The notes under the pieces: model-generated
Told to the model about the DNA's origin: nothing
Database searches by the model: none
What the model saw: the letters and a program-made list of their open reading frames with translations, nothing else
In this document: positions 18,420 to 28,264 of the stretch, piece by piece
Layout of the letters: every line of letters begins with the position of its first letter
Position numbering within the stretch: the first letter of the stretch is position 1
Program-made: the position numbers and the translations under genes
Source of the DNA: a virus
DNA: 64,000 bases
Strand: one strand, 5' to 3'
Virus record (IMG/VR): IMGVR_UViG_3300027759_000070
Coordinates: 1 to 64,000 of that record

Positions 18420-19646
18420 TTATGAAGCTGCAACTCCTAATTCGGTATGTTGTACTTTTTTTGCATATGATGTTGGATTCATACCTTTTAACCAGCTAGG
18501 CCAACTTTTAACTAAAGTTAATTTAGTTGGATGACTAAAATTATTATTTGGTCCACCCTTAGAAGCTCCATCTTTTGATGGATCTTCTATTGTTCTTTCC
18601 TTTTGCGAAAATTGTGCAGCATGAGCAAAAGCTGGTTTTGCAGTATTTACCCAATCATCATAATAAGTTTTATTATCAGGATCACCATAAGTAACGTAAT
18701 GATCTCCTCTATATGATTCGTGATTATCACCTAATACTGTTAACCCTCTATCGCCTTTTACTGTATGATGTTCTTCTTGATTCACGACAATAACTTTATT
18801 TTCAACAGCAACTTCGACAGTTACATGATTTCCTATTTCGTAGTGTGATCCGCTATAATGTGATAACTTTATTTTCTCGAAATCATCAGTTTCTATAAAC
18901 TCTAACGATCCAGCTTTAGAGTTAAATGTTGTTTGACCAGAGAAAAAATAAGGTTCACCATCAGGCATTGATTCGGCTCCAGCAGGATAATGTAAACTAG
19001 GATTACTACCTTGTGGATTTGTTACGCTATTCCAATCTTGTTTATCAAAAACATAACCCATATAAACAGGTCTGTCCAGACTCCCATTTTCAAAAAATAC
19101 CCAAACATGTGCTCCGACACGAGGAACCGAAAACATTCCCTTTGCAGCATTGTTTATTGGGGTTGGTGCTATAGATTCATTATAAACATCACACATTCCA
19201 GTTTTATACCCTTCACCAAATCCACCTGGTGTTGCATTTGTTGATAATGCTGCTTTAGGTGAAACGGATTCACCAGATGGTGTGATACTTTGTTCTCCTA
19301 ATGGTTCTCTTAATACTCCCCTGTGACCCTCCCCAACGGTAGCCACACTATTCTTTGCATCATAAACTCCAGCAGAACCACCACCAATTAATGGTGATGC
19401 TTGTTCTGCCCACATTAAAACTTCATTGAATTTTTTTGTATTTTCTTTATTATAAAATGAACATATGTTATCACCACCCAAAAATCTGGCTTGGTGAACA
19501 TCTGGTGGAAGTCCAGATTCTCTAGCTAAATGAGCAGTAAATTCTGGTATAGTAATTTTTACTCTACCTCTTCTTTCTGGGTCATTGTTTTGTGTTACAA
19601 TACCCCTAAAGAATCCATAATGTTTTTCGTCTAAAGGATTTGCCAT
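18420..19646 (-). CDS. gp5: Baseplate hub gp5-like protein, N-terminal OB-fold part
   Basis: FRGIVTQNNDPERRGRVK...GMFSVPRVGAHVWVFFENGSLDRPVY; HYSGSHYEI; VKGD/VLGD repeats. Confidence 0.8.
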   Translation of the reverse strand: MANPLDEKHYGFFRGIVTQNNDPERRGRVKITIPEFTAHLARESGLPPDVHQARFLGGDNICSFYNKENTKKFNEVLMWAEQASPLIGGGSAGVYDAKNSVATVGEGHRGVLREPLGEQSITPSGESVSPKAALSTNATPGGFGEGYKTGMCDVYNESIAPTPINNAAKGMFSVPRVGAHVWVFFENGSLDRPVYMGYVFDKQDWNSVTNPQGSNPSLHYPAGAESMPDGEPYFFSGQTTFNSKAGSLEFIETDDFEKIKLSHYSGSHYEIGNHVTVEVAVENKVIVVNQEEHHTVKGDRGLTVLGDNHESYRGDHYVTYGDPDNKTYYDDWVNTAKPAFAHAAQFSQKERTIEDPSKDGASKGGPNNNFSHPTKLTLVKSWPSWLKGMNPTSYAKKVQHTELGVAAS

Positions 19647-19647
19647 A

Positions 19648-20232
19648 TTATGTTAAAAATTTAGTTTGCATATTTGCTTTTTCAAGAAATTTGGTATTTC
19701 TATTTACAAAGTTATCTATCGTACCATTTGCTTTAAATGCTTCTTTCGAGACTTCGTTTGCAATTCTTCCGACATGTTTATCAACCTCCATAGTAATTTT
19801 GTTTGTTATTTTATTCATTGCTGACTGAGCTAAACAATTTGTCATCTGAGCAGCAAAGGATGCACAACTTTGCCTACTCTGAAAGTATATGTTTAAGTTT
19901 GTAGACTTTTCTGTTAAACCTTGTATTTCTACTAATATGCCTGTTAATTCATTTATAATGGATGTTATTTTCATCAATGGAGATAACACCGATCCAATAA
20001 TTTGATTGACTCTTGCATTGATTATACCAGTAACAGATGCAGTAATGGAAGCCATTAACCCAGCGGCCATACCAGCAATTTGTTGAAGTAACGCCGCAGG
20101 ATTCATTGCAAATCCAAATATTGTATCTTTTAAACACAATAAGCCGTTAGATGCTGACATTATCCCGTCAACTGTTTTATTAACTGAACTTAGAATTTTA
20201 GAACTGCCTGATACATTAAGTGAAAATCCCAT
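19648..20232 (-). CDS. Hypothetical late (probably structural) protein
   Basis: Start reset to ATG 20232 (TATAAATA-N5-ATG); helical; coupled to gp5. Confidence 0.65.
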   Translation of the reverse strand: MGFSLNVSGSSKILSSVNKTVDGIMSASNGLLCLKDTIFGFAMNPAALLQQIAGMAAGLMASITASVTGIINARVNQIIGSVLSPLMKITSIINELTGILVEIQGLTEKSTNLNIYFQSRQSCASFAAQMTNCLAQSAMNKITNKITMEVDKHVGRIANEVSKEAFKANGTIDNFVNRNTKFLEKANMQTKFLT

Positions 20233-20254
20233 AAAAATATTTATAGCTAAAAAC

Positions 20255-20285
20255 AAAAAACCCCACTATTTCTAGTGGGGTTTTT
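20255..20285. terminator. Bidirectional rho-independent terminator
   Basis: A6-CCCCACTA-tttc-TAGTGGGG-T5. Confidence 0.85.
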
Positions 20286-20299
20286 AAAGAACTTATATA

Positions 20300-20701
20300 C
20301 TAGATTTCGACTGCAAAGTGTCTTCTTTCTTCTGGTCCTCTATCATCAAAAGTGATAGCAGCAGTTAAAGACTGAACTGGGCTTGCAGTTAGAACCGTAA
20401 ACTTTAATGTTGAATTATCTGTAAAATATAATGCAAAAGTTTGATTATTATATTTTGGATCTACTTTCATAGCAAATCCGTTTGCACCAGTAATAACAGT
20501 CAATGTAGTTGTTGCTGTTGAAGTACCAGAAACACCATTAAACAATATACCAGCTACTGATTTTGTGGTGGGATTGGTATATCTAACAGCAGAAAGACCT
20601 GTCAATAAAACAACAGAATTATCATAAGCAGATAAACTAACTCCTAGTTTTTGTGGGTATTCCAAGGTTGGGTCAGTTACATAATAATCGAAATTTGCCA
20701 T
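20300..20701 (-). CDS. Hypothetical beta-rich late protein (possible virion decoration)
   Basis: Thr/Ser-rich 133 aa with own late promoter and terminator. Confidence 0.6.
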   Translation of the reverse strand: MANFDYYVTDPTLEYPQKLGVSLSAYDNSVVLLTGLSAVRYTNPTTKSVAGILFNGVSGTSTATTTLTVITGANGFAMKVDPKYNNQTFALYFTDNSTLKFTVLTASPVQSLTAAITFDDRGPEERRHFAVEI

Positions 20702-20705
20702 AATA

Positions 20706-21575
20706 TTATTTACTCTTTTCTTGTCTATTTAATTGTCTTTTTTTTAAATTTTGTACTAATGTAAAAAGTTTTTGTTTAAATTGTTTCCAATATCTATTTG
20801 ATTTTTTGATATTTACAGAAGAATTATCAGGAGAATATGCTATAACTCTAAGAAAATCAACTTTCAATAAAAACATTTCTCGCAAATAACTCATATGTAT
20901 CTCTTGCTCTTCGTCTGGTAAATGCATTAGATACCTTATATAAAACGCATTAAAGAATTTATTTGTTTTTGATTTTGGAAATTTTAAAACGGAGTCTAGT
21001 ATGTATAAAACTTTTGATTTATCTACATCCTTTCTTTCATAAAATCTAGTTATTATATAACCTAATTGTGATGCATTAGCTTCGAATTCTGCTGGTTCTG
21101 TATAATATATAAACCATTCTTCTGGTGTTAATTGTTCTCCTCCTGTTATTTTTGTTGTAACTCCATAATATCCAGCAGATGCTTTTTTGTATTGTTGTAT
21201 GGCATGTATTATTTCATGAGCCAAAATGGATAAAATTGTTTCTAAATTTTCAAACACAGTATCAAATGCTATTACAACATGTTCATAATTATGTTCATCT
21301 TCTTCTATATAAGATCCTCCACTACCAGTTTCTTTAATAAAAACTGGTATTTCTTTATTAAGCTGTTTACCTAAATGTATGTATCCTATATGGAGTGATT
21401 TATGTTTGGTTCTGTTTATCATCTTTTTAACATTTTTCTTTGTTTCGTCTAATGTTAAATTTGATAATTTGCCTCTTCTTGATATATTATTATTAATAAA
21501 TGAAGTAATCAATTTTTTTAATTGATTTTTAATATCATATGTTAATGGGGTGAATCTAGATTCGCTAATTAGCAT
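20706..21575 (-). CDS. Zincin-like metallopeptidase
   Basis: ILAHEIIHAIQ (HEXXH) with downstream EPAEFEA; start reset to 21575. Confidence 0.65.
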   Translation of the reverse strand: MLISESRFTPLTYDIKNQLKKLITSFINNNISRRGKLSNLTLDETKKNVKKMINRTKHKSLHIGYIHLGKQLNKEIPVFIKETGSGGSYIEEDEHNYEHVVIAFDTVFENLETILSILAHEIIHAIQQYKKASAGYYGVTTKITGGEQLTPEEWFIYYTEPAEFEANASQLGYIITRFYERKDVDKSKVLYILDSVLKFPKSKTNKFFNAFYIRYLMHLPDEEQEIHMSYLREMFLLKVDFLRVIAYSPDNSSVNIKKSNRYWKQFKQKLFTLVQNLKKRQLNRQEKSK

Positions 21576-21588
21576 AAATATATTTATG
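21573..21588. promoter_or_regulatory. Perfect palindrome holding two late promoters and both start codons
   Basis: CATAAATATATTTATG. Confidence 0.75.
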
Positions 21589-21864
21589 AACTTCGAACAA
21601 CTAATCGATATGCTTTTGATAATGGAAGAAAAATGCACCAAAGTTACACAAAAAGCTCATTCCTCAAGGAAAGGAAAAAAGTGGATGAAGTGTGCAAAAC
21701 AATCAGACGGAAGCATTAAGCGTATACACTGGGGTCAAGCAGGAGTAAGAGTTACTGGGAAATCTGGTAATACAAAACGTAAAAAATCGTTTAAAGCTAG
21801 ACATGGGTGTTCACACGCAAAAGCTGGTACTCCAAAAGCACAAGCATGTAAAGATTGGGCGTAA
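21586..21864 (+). CDS. Small basic Cys/His protein
   Basis: Leader MNFEQLIDMLLIMEE; RKKSFKARHGC...ACKDW motif seen in T4-like phage proteins. Confidence 0.7.
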   Translation: MNFEQLIDMLLIMEEKCTKVTQKAHSSRKGKKWMKCAKQSDGSIKRIHWGQAGVRVTGKSGNTKRKKSFKARHGCSHAKAGTPKAQACKDWA

Positions 21865-21866
21865 TA

Positions 21867-22214
21867 TTATATTATAGCTCTTGCTCTTTTAATTGATTCT
21901 AATTTTAATTTTGCATCGGCTTCGACATTAGGGTTAAATGATTTCCAATCACCAAAATGACCAATCTTCAAGTGACAACCAGCATCACCTTTTTCTTCGC
22001 ATAATGTAATTAGATTGCTTTGTTCTAGTTCCAATTCTGGATGTAAATGAAATGGTTGTTTGTGGTGTACTTGTAAATTCTTAGTATTACCACAAGCAAC
22101 ACAAGCTGGTTCCAGCTTTAAATGATTCTTTCTAGTAGTTTCCCAATGAGGTGATCTTAATGATAACGGTTTACCTTGTATCTTTTCTTTAATAGCGTTT
22201 AAAAGTCTTGTCAT
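21867..22214 (-). CDS. HNH endonuclease
   Basis: CVACG...QVHHKQP...NLITLC...CHLKIGH; start reset to 22214. Confidence 0.85.
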   Translation of the reverse strand: MTRLLNAIKEKIQGKPLSLRSPHWETTRKNHLKLEPACVACGNTKNLQVHHKQPFHLHPELELEQSNLITLCEEKGDAGCHLKIGHFGDWKSFNPNVEADAKLKLESIKRARAII

Positions 22215-22218
22215 ATTA

Positions 22219-23010
22219 TTATTTAACATAATCTATTCTTTCTATTAATTTTAGTATACATCCAGTTTCAAAATTATGTTTAGTCATATTGGTTCTTCTT
22301 TTAATTTTAATTGTTTCTGATTTATTCAATTTTGTAAAAACGCTTCCTTCCATTTGCATTTCATTCACAAAATTAGAATAATTATGGATGAATTCTTTGA
22401 TATCCCCATTTGGGTAGATTACATTATATCTAAGTTTATAATGACCATACTCTTTTAATCTTTTAACAGAAGCTTTCTGCGCTTCTGTTAAACCATAAGT
22501 TTTTATATAATTCTTTAATCTTATAGAAGTTTTTTTTGAATTTTCTTGATGTTTTTTTCTATAGTTTTCGTCGTTTTTATATTTTTGTTTAAGCTTTAAA
22601 GAACATTTAACTCTTCCTTGTATTTGTGAATTGCTATGCCCGTTTTTATATTGTTTTAATTTTCCTATTGATATTCTTTTAGAAACTTCCTTTCTATAAT
22701 CTTGGTTACAATAGTGTAATAGATTTCCCCCAGTACCTCCAATATGGATATTATAGCAATTACTACCGTATTTATATTTTAGTTTTTGTATTAGCTTTTT
22801 TTCTAATTTATCTAATTTTTCTTTTGAATCTATTTTTAGTTTCAACCATCTTCTTGAGAAATTCTCTTTTCCATATTTTTTAACAGCTTTTAAAAAAATA
22901 GTTGGTCCAGATCCGATATAATTATCTGTTTTATATCCAATGTGTTGACCTCCATAAACTTTTCCATTTAGATTATTAATGGTTATATATAATAAAAATT
23001 CTTTATTCAT
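22219..23010 (-). CDS. GIY-YIG homing endonuclease (Seg-like)
   Basis: LLYITINNLNGKVYGGQH...YIGSG...KYGKENF...CYNIHIGG. Confidence 0.85.
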   Translation of the reverse strand: MNKEFLLYITINNLNGKVYGGQHIGYKTDNYIGSGPTIFLKAVKKYGKENFSRRWLKLKIDSKEKLDKLEKKLIQKLKYKYGSNCYNIHIGGTGGNLLHYCNQDYRKEVSKRISIGKLKQYKNGHSNSQIQGRVKCSLKLKQKYKNDENYRKKHQENSKKTSIRLKNYIKTYGLTEAQKASVKRLKEYGHYKLRYNVIYPNGDIKEFIHNYSNFVNEMQMEGSVFTKLNKSETIKIKRRTNMTKHNFETGCILKLIERIDYVK

Positions 23011-23063
23011 TATTATTATTTATTATCGAGAACAGGAAATCAATCAGGTTATATAATTTAAAC

Positions 23064-23096
23064 AAAAAAGAACCACAGATTTCTCTGTGGTTCTTT
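23064..23096 (-). terminator. Rho-independent terminator after major capsid gene
   Basis: 13-bp stem, GAAA loop and U-tract on the minus strand. Confidence 0.85.
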
Positions 23097-23123
23097 ACAA
23101 CTGTTTTTATTTTTAGTTTAAAA

Positions 23124-24686
23124 CTAAAAATATGTAGCTTGGTTCCCGGGAGTAAATGCCACGCCAAGATCCTTGAGGATGATGGTGTGATAATATAGGC
23201 TTGCGCCAAAGATATTATCAACAACGCCATAACGGGTCAATAGGCCAACGCGAGGTGCGAAGTCATTTGGTCCAATGGTACGTTGAATCATCACAGGGAT
23301 GTATGGGCAGTAGATAATGCCAGAATCATAGAACTCAGTTCCTTTGTAGCCTAATAGTGCATATTCAATTCCAGTGGAAGTTCCATTGGAATAGCCATTA
23401 TCACCATAGACGCCAACATTTTGAGACTCTGTTCTTGTGTCGCGATAGATCTGGAATCTTCCTCCGAGGGAGCCAACTTTAGCAACGCCAGTCTGCTGGG
23501 TGGATACGTTACCTTGAACGGTTACCCATTGGAACTCAGGCAACATTTCAAAAATAGCGCACACGCGAGGTGTAGCTACGATGAAGTTTGCTGGTCCACG
23601 GCGATTGCGAATAGCAATGCGGTTTGCTTCGATGATTACTCTCTGGTAGAAGTCACGATTACGCTCAACAAGCCAACGGCCATCGGCAGTAGCAGGACGC
23701 CAGACAGAATATCCCTTACCAAGACCACCGTTTAAGGAGGTTTGGATCATACGGATAATCATTTCGCGGTCGATTTCGGCTTGGATCTCATATGCCATAG
23801 CATTTGTGATCTCAGCATCGATGTCGATACCGTTCATGTTCTTTAAGTCCTGTTCTAATTCGACAGACCATTTTGCACCTAATCTACGAGTACCAGCTTC
23901 AACTGCGGTTTTTTCAAAGCTAACTTCAACAGTAGGGATATTTGCATTGATTTCGAAATTCTTTAGAATTTCGGCAACGCCTCTATCCTGATCTGCGAAA
24001 GCCCATTCAGCATTACCTGAGAGAGCAGCATTTGAGGAACCAGTGAAACGAGAATCGAGATGTTGGAATCCTAATTCGTTGTCACCACCAGGAGACTTGT
24101 TATAAGGAGAAGCAGCAGATCCTGCGTAATTGACTGTAGAAGTCTGGGTTCTATACGGAGCACCAGAGCCACTAGCAGAATTACCGGGGGCGGGTGCCCA
24201 AGTACCAACAGTAGTACCACTTAAGGTAGTAGCTTGTGAGGTATCTTGGTAAGAACCACCGAGGGTGTCTTTGCTGTACTTATAACGAAGTGCGAATGCC
24301 AATCCAACAGGACCAGACATAGGCTGAACGCCAACGATTTCGTTGGTGATCAATTCGGGGAATGTACGACGAATCATGGGAATCAAAATCTTAGGAAGAC
24401 GATGATCTCCAGAAGCATAAAAATCAGAACCACCGGGGAATGCTCCACCAGTTGCTCCATTATTACCACTTCCGAAAACTCCACCTGTTCCACCAGCTAC
24501 ATTTGCCTCACGGAGACAGTATGCTTCTTGGTTCTCAAGTAGCATTGCAGTGTTTAAACGGGTATGTTCATCTTCGATAGGACCAACACTCTTAGAGGTA
24601 TAATCGAGCACGGGTGCCCATTTTTCCAATAGAGTCTTAGCGCGATCTTGATCGATATACGATTGTGCGGGTTTAATTTGTTTCAT
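23124..24686 (-). CDS. gp23: Major capsid protein
   Basis: LLEKWAPVL, GVQPMSGPVGLAFALR, RRLGAKWSVELEQDL, EIDREMI, YCPYIP, TRYG; start reset to MKQIKP. Confidence 0.97.
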   Translation of the reverse strand: MKQIKPAQSYIDQDRAKTLLEKWAPVLDYTSKSVGPIEDEHTRLNTAMLLENQEAYCLREANVAGGTGGVFGSGNNGATGGAFPGGSDFYASGDHRLPKILIPMIRRTFPELITNEIVGVQPMSGPVGLAFALRYKYSKDTLGGSYQDTSQATTLSGTTVGTWAPAPGNSASGSGAPYRTQTSTVNYAGSAASPYNKSPGGDNELGFQHLDSRFTGSSNAALSGNAEWAFADQDRGVAEILKNFEINANIPTVEVSFEKTAVEAGTRRLGAKWSVELEQDLKNMNGIDIDAEITNAMAYEIQAEIDREMIIRMIQTSLNGGLGKGYSVWRPATADGRWLVERNRDFYQRVIIEANRIAIRNRRGPANFIVATPRVCAIFEMLPEFQWVTVQGNVSTQQTGVAKVGSLGGRFQIYRDTRTESQNVGVYGDNGYSNGTSTGIEYALLGYKGTEFYDSGIIYCPYIPVMIQRTIGPNDFAPRVGLLTRYGVVDNIFGASLYYHTIILKDLGVAFTPGNQATYF

Positions 24687-24788
24687 AATTTGTATTTTTC
24701 TTTCTTTTGTTTTTTCGACCTCAAGCACTAACTCAGTGCAGGAACTCAAGTAATATCTACTTCTACCAAATTTTTATAAGTAAATATA

Positions 24789-25676
24789 TTAGTATTTACC
24801 TAATTCGTTCATATAATTTTGAACGTGTGCAAAATTTTCTTCTTTTTGTTGAACAGTATCTTGTGCGTCTTCTTCCAACACAATACGATCTTGTTTTACT
24901 TTCCTATGTTCATAGGCTTCACCCTTTAAAGTTTTGATTCTTTCTTCTTCCTTCTTATCAAACAAAGAAAGGGTATAATCAATGTTTTCTACGATAAACT
25001 TAGGAGATTTACCTTCAAATACTCTTTGTGCATACTCTTTTTTCTTGGGAGGTAGAACAGAAATTTTTTGTTCTAAAACTAAATCAGCTTTTGCTTTTGC
25101 TAAAGATTCTTTAAGATCTTTAACTTCTGATTCTAATTTTGTGGAAGATTGTTTGAATGAATCAATTTGAGTTTTACCATCAAGTAAAGCGTCTTTTAAT
25201 GATTCGTTCATCAAAGCAGAGTTAATAGCCAATGATTCGCGAAGATTGTTTAAGATAGTACGAGCCTTTTGGTTTTTGACCGCTTCTTCAATTGATTTCT
25301 TAGGGATTTTGGATTCAATAAACAAATCCATATAATGAGAAATTCTTTCTACTAAATCTTCTTTAAACTGAGATGCTTGCTCGTTTACAATGTTTTGGTA
25401 CTTTTTAATTACCATTTGTAATTTTGCGGTGTTATTAGCATCCATTGCTTCAACAACTCTTTCCAACTTTTTGCTATGATCTTGATCAATGGCTTCCAAC
25501 AATTGTTCAGCCTTATCAGTATATTCGGAGTCTTGTTCTGTTAAAGCTTTTTCAACGTGAATTTTAACTCTTTCGTTTACTGCTGTATCAAAAGCTTCTT
25601 GTATTTGATCGAGAGTCTGATCGGTTAGAATTCCTTGGGTTGCTTCTTTTAAAAGATTTGAAATTTCCTTTGCCAT
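24789..25676 (-). CDS. gp22: Prohead core scaffold protein
   Basis: Acidic coiled-coil protein directly upstream of gp23. Confidence 0.8.
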   Translation of the reverse strand: MAKEISNLLKEATQGILTDQTLDQIQEAFDTAVNERVKIHVEKALTEQDSEYTDKAEQLLEAIDQDHSKKLERVVEAMDANNTAKLQMVIKKYQNIVNEQASQFKEDLVERISHYMDLFIESKIPKKSIEEAVKNQKARTILNNLRESLAINSALMNESLKDALLDGKTQIDSFKQSSTKLESEVKDLKESLAKAKADLVLEQKISVLPPKKKEYAQRVFEGKSPKFIVENIDYTLSLFDKKEEERIKTLKGEAYEHRKVKQDRIVLEEDAQDTVQQKEENFAHVQNYMNELGKY

Positions 25677-25699
25677 AATATTAGTTATTCTTTTTATAA

Positions 25700-26014
25700 T
25701 TATTTACTTGATTTCTTCCCTTGTTTTTTAACAAATTTTGGATTTTTATCATCAGATTTTGGAAATAAATCTTTTTTTGCTGCCTCTGCAATAGTTTTTT
25801 TGATTTTATTTTGAATTACAACTTCAAGTAATGTATGTGCTTTTTTATAATTTTCACAAATCATTAAATCAACAAACTTTAAAAGATTTTCGTCAAGTTT
25901 CTTTTTGCCCTTCTTTTCAACCTTTTTCTCGTCTTTCTGTTCGTCCTTTTGTTGACCCTTCTTTTTGAATGGGACAAAACCTTTTGGAAGTTTTTTCTTT
26001 TTGTCTTTAGCCAT
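25700..26014 (-). CDS. Lys-rich putative prohead core protein
   Basis: Lies between gp21 and gp22; late promoter. Confidence 0.55.
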   Translation of the reverse strand: MAKDKKKKLPKGFVPFKKKGQQKDEQKDEKKVEKKGKKKLDENLLKFVDLMICENYKKAHTLLEVVIQNKIKKTIAEAAKKDLFPKSDDKNPKFVKKQGKKSSK

Positions 26015-26022
26015 ATTTTTAT

Positions 26023-26694
26023 TTAGTTAAATTTGATCTTATTTAAGAAATCCAATATAGATTCTTTTAAATATTGTTCTACTTCTCTTTTAGGAAGACT
26101 ACTAATTTTGTTTTCAAAGTCAGCATATAATTCTTCAAATTGACCAGACTCTGCTAAAACCCATTGTTTAGATTCTAAAATACCATTTACAAATGCTTTA
26201 GGGAATGATGGGTCTGCTACACAGTCTACAGAAATTAAACGCAATTCCTTTACGATGTTTTTACCACCAGCAGCTTCTTCGAGTTGTCCTAGTGCTCTAG
26301 AACTCATACCCACCTTTACACCATCTTGAATTAATGCGCGAACTATGTGTCCACATGGAGTAGTTAATACTTTACTTTTACCATGAAATACATTACCTTC
26401 TTGGTATAAATCTGTAACCAAATGACAAGCTTTATCTAAACTTACTTCAGCAGTACTTTCGTGATTGAGTGTACCCATTGATCTACCAGTATTAATCATT
26501 TCGCTCTTGTATCGATTAACTTCTTTAACCATTTCATCCAATTTATATAAACGATTGTTTCTGTTAAAACTTTCAGCCATCATATATGGACCTTTAATAA
26601 AAAGTGTAGATGGGCTTTTTCTATCTTTTTCTTCAAAGATATACTCAAATTGTTCTTCTGGAGCTGGTTTTTCTACAATTAAACGTAGTGACAT
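26023..26694 (-). CDS. gp21: Prohead protease
   Basis: NRNNRLY, GTLNH, GMSSRALG, DCVADPS, AFVNGILE. Confidence 0.95.
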   Translation of the reverse strand: MSLRLIVEKPAPEEQFEYIFEEKDRKSPSTLFIKGPYMMAESFNRNNRLYKLDEMVKEVNRYKSEMINTGRSMGTLNHESTAEVSLDKACHLVTDLYQEGNVFHGKSKVLTTPCGHIVRALIQDGVKVGMSSRALGQLEEAAGGKNIVKELRLISVDCVADPSFPKAFVNGILESKQWVLAESGQFEELYADFENKISSLPKREVEQYLKESILDFLNKIKFN

Positions 26695-26768
26695 AAAACT
26701 ATTTAGATTATTTATTCATTTTTTTAAGAGCAATTAAGTTAAAAAATAATATTTTCCTAAATAATGTT

Positions 26769-27815
26769 ATGAGTAATGATTCAAATTTAATATTTGAAAG
26801 GTATATGGAATCTATTGATGAGGCATTTATGCCTTGGAAAAATGGCAGAAAAGCTGCTGCTGGTTTAGGTAAAAAAACTTTAGTAAGACACGATACACAA
26901 ATTCGTGCAAGAAACGACATAAGAGAACAAAACATAAAGATTGCAATTGAAAATGATTCTACTCTTAATATTTTGGATGCTCTCTCTGAAAGATTCTACA
27001 AAGGCAATGTCAAAAAGGTAAAAACATTAATGGCTGAATATACGGGAGTTGGTAACCCTGAAGTAAAAACAATGTTCAATCCACTAGAATATGGTCTAGA
27101 ACCATACACTATACCATTACACGATATTCCAAATAGAATATTAGCAGTTCAAGCTAGACATCCACAAATCACAGGACATACTATAGGTCAAAATTTACAA
27201 AGAAATTTATTAAAAAATTATTATGAATTGTTGTGTGATGTTTATCGATCAAAAGGTGGAAATCCAGATGACGTAAATGAATTGGAATTGGTTTTATCTT
27301 TCCCAACTAGGATACATCACGAATTTAAAAAATGGGGAGATGAACATCGTGATGTATTAAGACCACAAATATTTGGTGGAGAATCTGAAGCAGATAGAAA
27401 TAATCAATTTGTTCACATTACTAATGTTCGTGAATTACAAGGAAGAAATTGGGAAAGATTAAGTAAAGCAGAAAAGATAGGCAATCTTTTATTTTGGGGT
27501 GATCCTAGGACTCCAGAATCTGAATATGATACCACTTACAAACCCGAATCAGCAAAAACTCCAGAAAATTTAGCAGGAAGAACTTTAGAAAATCCTGATA
27601 GAAAACAACTAACCAAAAAAACAAAAGCATGGCCCAAAGCTAAACCATCACCAGAAGAAAAAGAAAAGAAAAAGAACGAAACATTAGTCCCTGCATTTGG
27701 TTCCACCGAAACCAAACAAGAAGAACCAAAACCAGCTAAGAAAAAGAAACCAACAAAAAAACCAACAAAAGTTAAAGAATCATATCAACCATTTATAAGA
27801 GTTATTCCTTTCTAA
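26769..27815 (+). CDS. Hypothetical protein with leader MSNDSNLIFERY
   Basis: 348 aa, late promoter, Lys/Pro-rich tail ending VKESY. Confidence 0.7.
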   Translation: MSNDSNLIFERYMESIDEAFMPWKNGRKAAAGLGKKTLVRHDTQIRARNDIREQNIKIAIENDSTLNILDALSERFYKGNVKKVKTLMAEYTGVGNPEVKTMFNPLEYGLEPYTIPLHDIPNRILAVQARHPQITGHTIGQNLQRNLLKNYYELLCDVYRSKGGNPDDVNELELVLSFPTRIHHEFKKWGDEHRDVLRPQIFGGESEADRNNQFVHITNVRELQGRNWERLSKAEKIGNLLFWGDPRTPESEYDTTYKPESAKTPENLAGRTLENPDRKQLTKKTKAWPKAKPSPEEKEKKKNETLVPAFGSTETKQEEPKPAKKKKPTKKPTKVKESYQPFIRVIPF

Positions 27816-28263
27816 ATAAATCTTTTTCGGTTATAATTATAAACTCAGCACCTTTGGAAGCCGCGAATTTTTTCGCGGCTTCCCATTTTGCACTATTAAC
27901 AGCCCATTGAGTTGTTTCGTATATTATAGTTTGCTTTTTCTTTTTCTTTGTGATGGTTGGTGGTTGTGTTTGTTTGAATGGTTTAATCTCTATCAAATAT
28001 TTTTTAATCTTATTTCCTTCTTTAATCACAACATAATTATCCACATAATATCGATGCATACGATTATCTACTGGACTTTTATATGGGACTATAATGTTTT
28101 CCGATCCCCATTCTAAAACATTGGGATTACTATCAGCCCACAAGAAAAATGTACGTTCAAAAGAAGAACGAAATATTGCAAACTTCCCTATGAATTTTTG
28201 GGGATTTTTTGGTTGAAACACACCCTGTTTATATCTTTCATCTTTTTTAAAAATTGGTGGCAT
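27802..28263 (-). CDS. gp4: Head completion nuclease
   Basis: QGVFQPKNPQKF, RSSFE, WGSE, HRYYVD, IEIKP, NSAKWEAA, IITEKDL. Confidence 0.92.
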   Translation of the reverse strand: MPPIFKKDERYKQGVFQPKNPQKFIGKFAIFRSSFERTFFLWADSNPNVLEWGSENIIVPYKSPVDNRMHRYYVDNYVVIKEGNKIKKYLIEIKPFKQTQPPTITKKKKKQTIIYETTQWAVNSAKWEAAKKFAASKGAEFIIITEKDLFRKE

Positions 28264-28264
28264 A

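Noticed and set aside
23124-24686. Higher GC of gp23 as a sign of recent transfer
   Set aside because: Better explained by codon adaptation of a highly expressed gene; synteny with gp21/gp22 is intact
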